From the IMG/VR virus record IMGVR_UViG_3300021400_001756, positions 3,744 to 67,743 of that record: a DNA stretch of 64,000 nt; one strand, written 5' to 3'. The stretch is from a virus (lineage: Duplodnaviria > Heunggongvirae > Uroviricota > Caudoviricetes). Made by a program: the position numbers and the translations under genes. A model generated the notes under the pieces. That model worked only from the letters and a program-made list of their open reading frames with translations. It had not been told where the DNA came from and searched no databases. Positions 58,353 through 64,000 of this stretch are shown piece after piece (position 1 is the first letter of the stretch; each line of letters opens with the position of its first letter).

Positions 58353-59675
58353 TTATAAACTTGCTAACGTTGTGTATAAATCTGTAAACGCATTCATATT
58401 ATCTATAGTTAATGGTATATTTCCACCAAGTGTACTACTTAATTTATCGTTCTCATTTTGTACTGGAACTAACAAACTACCACCTTTCTTATCTATAGGA
58501 ATTTGTATTAACCCCTCACCATTACTATAGGAAACACCTACATCATACCCATCTTTTGATAATTCGTTATATATCTTAGATAATCTTAACACTAATTTAC
58601 CTTCAGGTGTACTTGCATCAAAATCATCTGCAGTTAATAAACTATCTATTACTTGCTTACTTTTTTGATTGTCTTCTACAAGATATCTAACACTTTCAGT
58701 TTTTATATCACTATTATTTACAACTTCAAAACCATATTCTACTAATTGGTTTAGTAGTTTGACTTGACTTAATCTGTAATCATCTTTATCCGCAGCAAAA
58801 TCTACAATTTGTGTATCTGTTAAGTTTGGAAGCAATTCTTTAAGTTTTGTGAATTGAGTTTTTATTTCTAATTGTAATTCTTTTGCTCTATCACTATTAA
58901 CTCCTAAATTTTGTTTTAAAAATACTAAATTAGTTCCCATACTAGCACATATACTTCTTATTTGCTGTTCTTTAAATTTTTCTTCGCTGTTATTTTCTGA
59001 ATTTGAATTATCTTCTACTAGAGTTTGTTTAGACTCATTTAAGTCAGTAAATTGTGCTATCATATTCTCTACAGCACCTCTTACATAGTCTGCTTCTATA
59101 CCAATTTCATCTTCATAATCTGTATTTGTTACTTCACTTCTACGTCTAATATAATCTGCACACTTTGTTTCTTGTTCATTTGCTATGTCATAACATATAT
59201 CATACACACCATTATCTATTATATCTTCATCTACTAATCTTTCTAGTTCATCTTTTAATTCTACAAAGTTAGAAACATTTAAACTAGTTAATGCATCTTT
59301 AACATTTTTATTAGATTCTGTTTTTATTTCTTTACTCTCTGTGTGTAACTCATATGCTTCAATATTGTCTACAAGTTGCTTATCTTTAAATTTTGTTATT
59401 AAAGAATCTTTATACCAAACTTGACCATTATTAAATGCTTCACGTATCCACATTTCTATTGCATCTTCTTCTGTAATAGCTCCATCGCCTATATAATTTA
59501 GTATTTCAGATGTTATTCTTTTAATTTCACGTTCGTCTGTAACTTCTCCATACTCATCTAGTTTAATGTAGTTATCTACAGATACACCAAATAAGCCTAC
59601 TATTGGGTCATGTTCTGTTGTAAACCACATGTCTTTATCATTAAGCATTAAAATTAGTTTACTTATTATATCCAT
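58353..59675 (-). CDS. hypothetical protein
   Basis: 440-aa ORF. Confidence 0.5.
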   Translation of the reverse strand: MDIISKLILMLNDKDMWFTTEHDPIVGLFGVSVDNYIKLDEYGEVTDEREIKRITSEILNYIGDGAITEEDAIEMWIREAFNNGQVWYKDSLITKFKDKQLVDNIEAYELHTESKEIKTESNKNVKDALTSLNVSNFVELKDELERLVDEDIIDNGVYDICYDIANEQETKCADYIRRRSEVTNTDYEDEIGIEADYVRGAVENMIAQFTDLNESKQTLVEDNSNSENNSEEKFKEQQIRSICASMGTNLVFLKQNLGVNSDRAKELQLEIKTQFTKLKELLPNLTDTQIVDFAADKDDYRLSQVKLLNQLVEYGFEVVNNSDIKTESVRYLVEDNQKSKQVIDSLLTADDFDASTPEGKLVLRLSKIYNELSKDGYDVGVSYSNGEGLIQIPIDKKGGSLLVPVQNENDKLSSTLGGNIPLTIDNMNAFTDLYTTLASL

Positions 59676-59704
59676 TATTCATTTTACCTCCAACTTTGTT
59701 AATT

Positions 59705-59720
59705 ACTAATATTTTACACA
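59705..59720 (-). promoter_or_regulatory. conserved promoter-like motif (GTGTAAAATATTAGT)
   Basis: About 30 nt upstream of the 440-aa gene. Confidence 0.4.
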
Positions 59721-59770
59721 TAAAAGGGATTATATTTAACTTATTAAATATAATCCCAGTTATTTTATAT

Positions 59771-60061
59771 TTATTTATTTAATTTATTTACCCATCTAGT
59801 TAAGTAATTAGCTAAAACATTACTTACAGATATTTTATACTGTCTTAGCATTACATTAGTTTTAACTGAGAATTCCATATTCCATATATTGTATCCTACA
59901 GTATACGTCTGGTCCTTACTAAATGCTATTTTTATAAATTTACCGTCTCTGCCAAAATTAACTAATACATAATCGTTACTATTTTTAGCACTCTTAATTT
60001 GCTTTTCCATTTCATTTAAATTAAGTTGCTCTTTGGGTTTTAAGTTAATTACATATTTCAT
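59771..60061 (-). CDS. hypothetical protein
   Basis: 96-aa ORF. Confidence 0.45.
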   Translation of the reverse strand: MKYVINLKPKEQLNLNEMEKQIKSAKNSNDYVLVNFGRDGKFIKIAFSKDQTYTVGYNIWNMEFSVKTNVMLRQYKISVSNVLANYLTRWVNKLNK

Positions 60062-60074
60062 CTTTAATATCTCC

Positions 60075-60419
60075 TTATTGTATATCCCAAACTGTTACTA
60101 TACATTTATCATAGTCTTTAATTTTATAAACTAGTTCATAGTTGTTACCCAAATAATCTTTTAAGTATAAACTATATGTATCTTCTGGATTTACAACGTA
60201 TTCTATACCCGTAGTTTCATCTAATACTATATCCACATAATTTCTAAACTCATCTTCTACATATATTTCGTTATACTCTCTTATATCATCCCACACGTAC
60301 TCATCGTTTATAAAATCTTTTTTTAAGTTGAAAATTTGTTGTAACTTAGTATTAAGTTCATTTGTAGTAAAAGATTTATCCAACATCTCTTCTAACTGTT
60401 CCATTATTGTTTTGTCCAT
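60075..60419 (-). CDS. hypothetical protein
   Basis: 114-aa ORF. Confidence 0.45.
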   Translation of the reverse strand: MDKTIMEQLEEMLDKSFTTNELNTKLQQIFNLKKDFINDEYVWDDIREYNEIYVEDEFRNYVDIVLDETTGIEYVVNPEDTYSLYLKDYLGNNYELVYKIKDYDKCIVTVWDIQ

Positions 60420-60437
60420 ATATTCATTACCTCCATG

Positions 60438-63038
60438 TTATATAGAAACTGCTCCAAATTCAGTAAATGTGTAATCCATACTTATATCTGACCCGTAATC
60501 TTCAAAGTCAAAGTAAGTTTCTAACCCTTCTTCATTACCTCCATTGTACATATCTGTAATATACATATCAACATATTCATCTAAATATTCGTCAATTGTG
60601 TCATCATCTACATCATCTATAGAATTTGCATCTTCCTCTTGTAATACATAATCTTGAAACATTTCATCTTGACGTAAATCATCACGTACTAAATCCTCAT
60701 CTATATATTGTCGAATAGTATCTAAAGTTAAAGCACTAAGTAATCCACCCGCATCTGATACTACTTGTTGACCCAGCTCTTCGTCATCGGAAACACCACT
60801 ATAGTAAACATAACTACCACTATTTAATATATCCATAGCTTCATCTACATTACATGAATCCGATTCCATTATTGCTTGTAATATTTCTTGGTCTTGACAT
60901 CTACAGTATGTTCTAACATCCTCAATAAAATTTAATACATCTGTATCATCTGTAACATCTTTACATACACAAGGTGTAAATGTAGTTTCCCAATCTATAT
61001 CGTTTATGAAAGGTTCTTCCTCTCCATGTGATTTGTAAAACTCTTCTGCTTCATCAATATTCATCCAACCTCCGCCAATAGATTCGGCTTCAGCACCATT
61101 CTCATTATAATTCTTCCATGTGTTCATATATAATTTAATATCGTTTTCTTGTACATCTTTCCAAGATTCAGTACCTTCAGTTAATTTAGATTCAACTTGT
61201 TTAATCTTTACAGGTTTTAATACTGTTTGTCCATCTTCCATAGTTATAATCATTGGGTCTTGTTCTGAAAAACCTAAATTCTTGTAGTAATTAACTACGT
61301 CTTCTCTATTTTTACCCCAATAATTAACTTCCACATCTATGGTATGTCCTACAGTTGTTTTATAATCATCATCCATTGCGTCTAATTCTTCTTGTGTAAT
61401 ATATTGTATATCTTTAGACTCCTGTATTTTACATTCTTGTATCCACTCTGGTTTGATATCATAATACTTTAGTTCTTCATCTGTTAAAGGTCTATTTGTA
61501 TATATTGCTGTCTTAAAGTTTGGTAATACTTCTGCTCTTACAAAAACTCCACTAGGTAATGTTCCAGGCCCTATACCATGATTTGTTATATATCTGTATT
61601 CCTTTACCTCTTGTTCCTCTGAAGACTCAGTTTTACTGTCTATCTTTTCATCTACAATATGTTTAACATTTGCTATAAATTCATCTACAGTTAAACCTTT
61701 ACGTTCTATTTTAGTAGGTGAATCATCTTTATATGCCGAATAACTTCCTCCAGGTATTTCTTCCATAGTAGAACTTTCACTATATTGTAAATCTGTACCT
61801 TCTATTTGTCCTGACCCAGTTTGAGTAATTTTATCTCCAGAATAATTTAATCTTATATAGTTGTAAATACCATCAGGTAATGAGTAAGCTAAACGTATTT
61901 TTACAGATACAGTGTCATCAACATTTATAATAGCTGTTTTATACTGTTCATCAAATCTACCAAAAGCATCACCTTGTAATGTAATACCTAGTTTAGAATT
62001 TAATCTAGATTCCAAATCTTTATATATTGTATCCATTTGTTTCTTTAATTCTAAATTATTATTTATATATGTACGGTCTACTTCCTCTGTTTTAATTTGT
62101 TTCGAGTTCCATTTTCTAAGTTGGTCTACTGTTACTTCCAATTTAGATGGTATTTCAAGTGTTACAAAATGATTATCTGTTATATCTATTATTGGAGCTT
62201 CTGTAAATTCTCCTGGAGTATATGAACCATATTTATAAGGAACCTTTACTACATCTCCAACCTTAAATTCTACACTAGCTTCCTCTGCTTTAATTTGTTT
62301 ACTTTCATTTACTTTTACATATCCATTATTATCTAATATTGATTGTAGTGATTCATCACTATCTGTTCCTCTACATTCGTAAGTACCTCTAGTGAAGTCC
62401 ACAGGCATACCTATATCAAATTGTGGGGTTCCAGCTTTTGTATAGTCAGTTATTCTAATCATTGCTCCTTGTCCATTTATATAAACATCACCTTTTTTAA
62501 ATTTCCCATTAGAAGATGTTAGAACTTTTTCTGTTTTAACCTTTTTAGTTTCATTTAATTGATATATGATATCAGATATTTGACCTGCTTTATATTGTGT
62601 AGTACCTTCTCCATCAATTATTTCCATACATCTTGTATATGTTGGTTCACTGTAATATCTTATTTCACCTATTATATCCTTTAGTTCGTTATCTGTTTGT
62701 GCGTCTAAAACTTTTTTACTAAATGTTGTTTTCTCGAATGTATTTAATTTCTCTGTTGTTTTTTGTTTAGCTTCGTCTAAATTTTCTAATTCTTCATCTT
62801 CCATTTCTGTTAAATCTTCATCATTGTTTAAATATATCTTATCATCTAAATGAACTGTACTAACTAAACTCCAACATGTCTCTAAATCGTCTCCATCACG
62901 TTTACAAATGTCTATCATATCTACAACGTCTGCATGTAAATTAGGATTAACTATTTCATCTGCTAATGTATACATTTCATCATAAGACTCTGCTTGTTCC
63001 ATTGCATCTATTATTTCTCTAAATTCCACATTACTCAC
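60438..63038 (-). CDS. large acidic hypothetical protein (866 aa)
   Basis: A long ORF with a strongly acidic C-terminal third. Confidence 0.5.
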   Translation of the reverse strand: MSNVEFREIIDAMEQAESYDEMYTLADEIVNPNLHADVVDMIDICKRDGDDLETCWSLVSTVHLDDKIYLNNDEDLTEMEDEELENLDEAKQKTTEKLNTFEKTTFSKKVLDAQTDNELKDIIGEIRYYSEPTYTRCMEIIDGEGTTQYKAGQISDIIYQLNETKKVKTEKVLTSSNGKFKKGDVYINGQGAMIRITDYTKAGTPQFDIGMPVDFTRGTYECRGTDSDESLQSILDNNGYVKVNESKQIKAEEASVEFKVGDVVKVPYKYGSYTPGEFTEAPIIDITDNHFVTLEIPSKLEVTVDQLRKWNSKQIKTEEVDRTYINNNLELKKQMDTIYKDLESRLNSKLGITLQGDAFGRFDEQYKTAIINVDDTVSVKIRLAYSLPDGIYNYIRLNYSGDKITQTGSGQIEGTDLQYSESSTMEEIPGGSYSAYKDDSPTKIERKGLTVDEFIANVKHIVDEKIDSKTESSEEQEVKEYRYITNHGIGPGTLPSGVFVRAEVLPNFKTAIYTNRPLTDEELKYYDIKPEWIQECKIQESKDIQYITQEELDAMDDDYKTTVGHTIDVEVNYWGKNREDVVNYYKNLGFSEQDPMIITMEDGQTVLKPVKIKQVESKLTEGTESWKDVQENDIKLYMNTWKNYNENGAEAESIGGGWMNIDEAEEFYKSHGEEEPFINDIDWETTFTPCVCKDVTDDTDVLNFIEDVRTYCRCQDQEILQAIMESDSCNVDEAMDILNSGSYVYYSGVSDDEELGQQVVSDAGGLLSALTLDTIRQYIDEDLVRDDLRQDEMFQDYVLQEEDANSIDDVDDDTIDEYLDEYVDMYITDMYNGGNEEGLETYFDFEDYGSDISMDYTFTEFGAVSI

Positions 63039-63966
63039 CTGCCTTCATTTTAATTATTGTTTCAGCTACATCCTCAGCTAATTCTTCATTATTAGTTTTA
63101 TCTAATACAACTAGTTTAGCTTCATCACTATCTAAGTCTTTTAAGTCGTTAACCCAACTCATCAAATCATTAAATTCATAATTAGACTCTGTTACTTTAG
63201 ATTCATTAACAATTTCCATTATAGTTCTTATATCTTGTTCTTTATTTTCTTGTAATGATTCTTGTTTTATATTTTTAATTTTATCTACTCTTTCTTTTAA
63301 ATCTTTTAACCAATAACTAACCTTTTTGAAATTTTCTTCAGAATCGTATCCTAAATTTCTTCTTCTTGAAATTTGGTCTGTTTTAGATTTTCTTTCCCAA
63401 GACCATGTATCTATTTCATTCTTTATGTGTTGTAAATCTTCTTTCATTACTTTTATATCCCACTCAGAAGTATTTAATAAATCTTCAGGCTCCAAACTTT
63501 TTATAGACTGTTTAGCTTCCTCAAATTCTCTTTTTGCTTTTTCTAAATATTTATCAGTATAAGCTTTATAATCATCATCAGATACATCTTTAACATTTTT
63601 TAAAGCATTATCGTATTCGGCTTTAACTCTTTTACATATTTCAACTACATCTGCTAAATCAACCTTATCTTCGGCTACATAATTATATTTATCGCAATCT
63701 TTGTATGAAGGTAATTTACTATATTCATTATAAGTTAATCCATCTAAATAATCTACCCTTATAGCTAAAAATACATTTCCGTCATCCTTTAGATATGAAA
63801 TTGGTATACCGTTGCATCGATACATTCTAAATCTATTGCCATCGTCCGAAAAATCTAATTCTGGAGCTCTTTCAATTCCATACTTTTTAAAGTTAAGTCT
63901 ATCCTCAGTTAATTTAGTTTCTTCCAAGCCTAGTCTAGTTTTCTTTTCGTACCCTCTATTTAACAT
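63031..63966 (-). CDS. hypothetical protein
   Basis: 311 aa. The N-terminus LGLEETKLTEDR weakly resembles the cargo leader. Confidence 0.5.
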   Translation of the reverse strand: MLNRGYEKKTRLGLEETKLTEDRLNFKKYGIERAPELDFSDDGNRFRMYRCNGIPISYLKDDGNVFLAIRVDYLDGLTYNEYSKLPSYKDCDKYNYVAEDKVDLADVVEICKRVKAEYDNALKNVKDVSDDDYKAYTDKYLEKAKREFEEAKQSIKSLEPEDLLNTSEWDIKVMKEDLQHIKNEIDTWSWERKSKTDQISRRRNLGYDSEENFKKVSYWLKDLKERVDKIKNIKQESLQENKEQDIRTIMEIVNESKVTESNYEFNDLMSWVNDLKDLDSDEAKLVVLDKTNNEELAEDVAETIIKMKAGE

Positions 63967-64000
63967 ATTATCAATTTCTTTTTTAGCTGTCCCATTTGTT

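Noticed and set aside
59052-59237. Plus-strand 61-aa ORF
   Set aside because: It is antisense in gene 58353..59675.
61912-63562. Plus-strand ORFs of 86 and 78 aa
   Set aside because: They are antisense in the large minus-strand genes.

Overview
The window is an AT-rich (roughly 28-30% GC), densely coding segment of a tailed phage or prophage genome. It looks like a contractile-tail (myovirus-type) phage of a low-GC Firmicute. Almost all genes are on the minus strand and are transcribed from high to low coordinates.

Reading from the high end to the low end:
- 64.0-55.3 kb: hypothetical proteins, several of them very acidic.
- 54.5-48.6 kb: head module, with a possible portal, a prohead protease fused to a coiled-coil scaffold, and the major capsid protein.
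- 48.4-42.6 kb: a cassette of seven sequence-unrelated proteins that all begin with the same roughly 21-aa leader (MNxKDKLTEATMLALQGKLxE). An eighth copy of the leader sits on an acidic protein next to the tail sheath gene.
- 42.4-35.5 kb: small early-type genes, including an operon of metallophosphoesterase, nucleotidyltransferase and HAD phosphatase.
- 35.2-33.0 kb: a co-oriented array of 8 tRNAs plus one tRNA-like remnant, interrupted by about 700 nt of unexplained, locally GC-richer sequence.
- 33.0-27.9 kb: an SPFH/band-7 protein, an RNA-ligase-like nucleotidyltransferase, a YkgJ-type Cys-cluster protein and an ATP-dependent DNA ligase.
- 26.2-22.5 kb: tail sheath and tail tube.
- 21.9-19.7 kb: terminase large subunit, unusually located between the tube and tape-measure genes.
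- 18.6-16.7 kb: a plus-strand island with its own promoter and terminator, encoding a membrane protein and a frameshifted TIGR02328-like protein.
- 16.6 kb down to position 1: tape-measure protein, a protein with multiple dockerin repeats, a LysM-like protein, a tail-associated M23 peptidase, a frameshifted gp25-like baseplate wedge, a J-like baseplate protein containing a canonical dockerin module, three tail-fiber genes, a GT2 glycosyltransferase and a free-standing Hint (intein-like) domain ORF.

A conserved AT-rich promoter-like motif (sense TAAAATATTAT-TG) precedes most structural operons.

All coordinates that I derived by hand (tRNAs, hairpins, motifs, adjusted starts) may be off by 1-2 nt.
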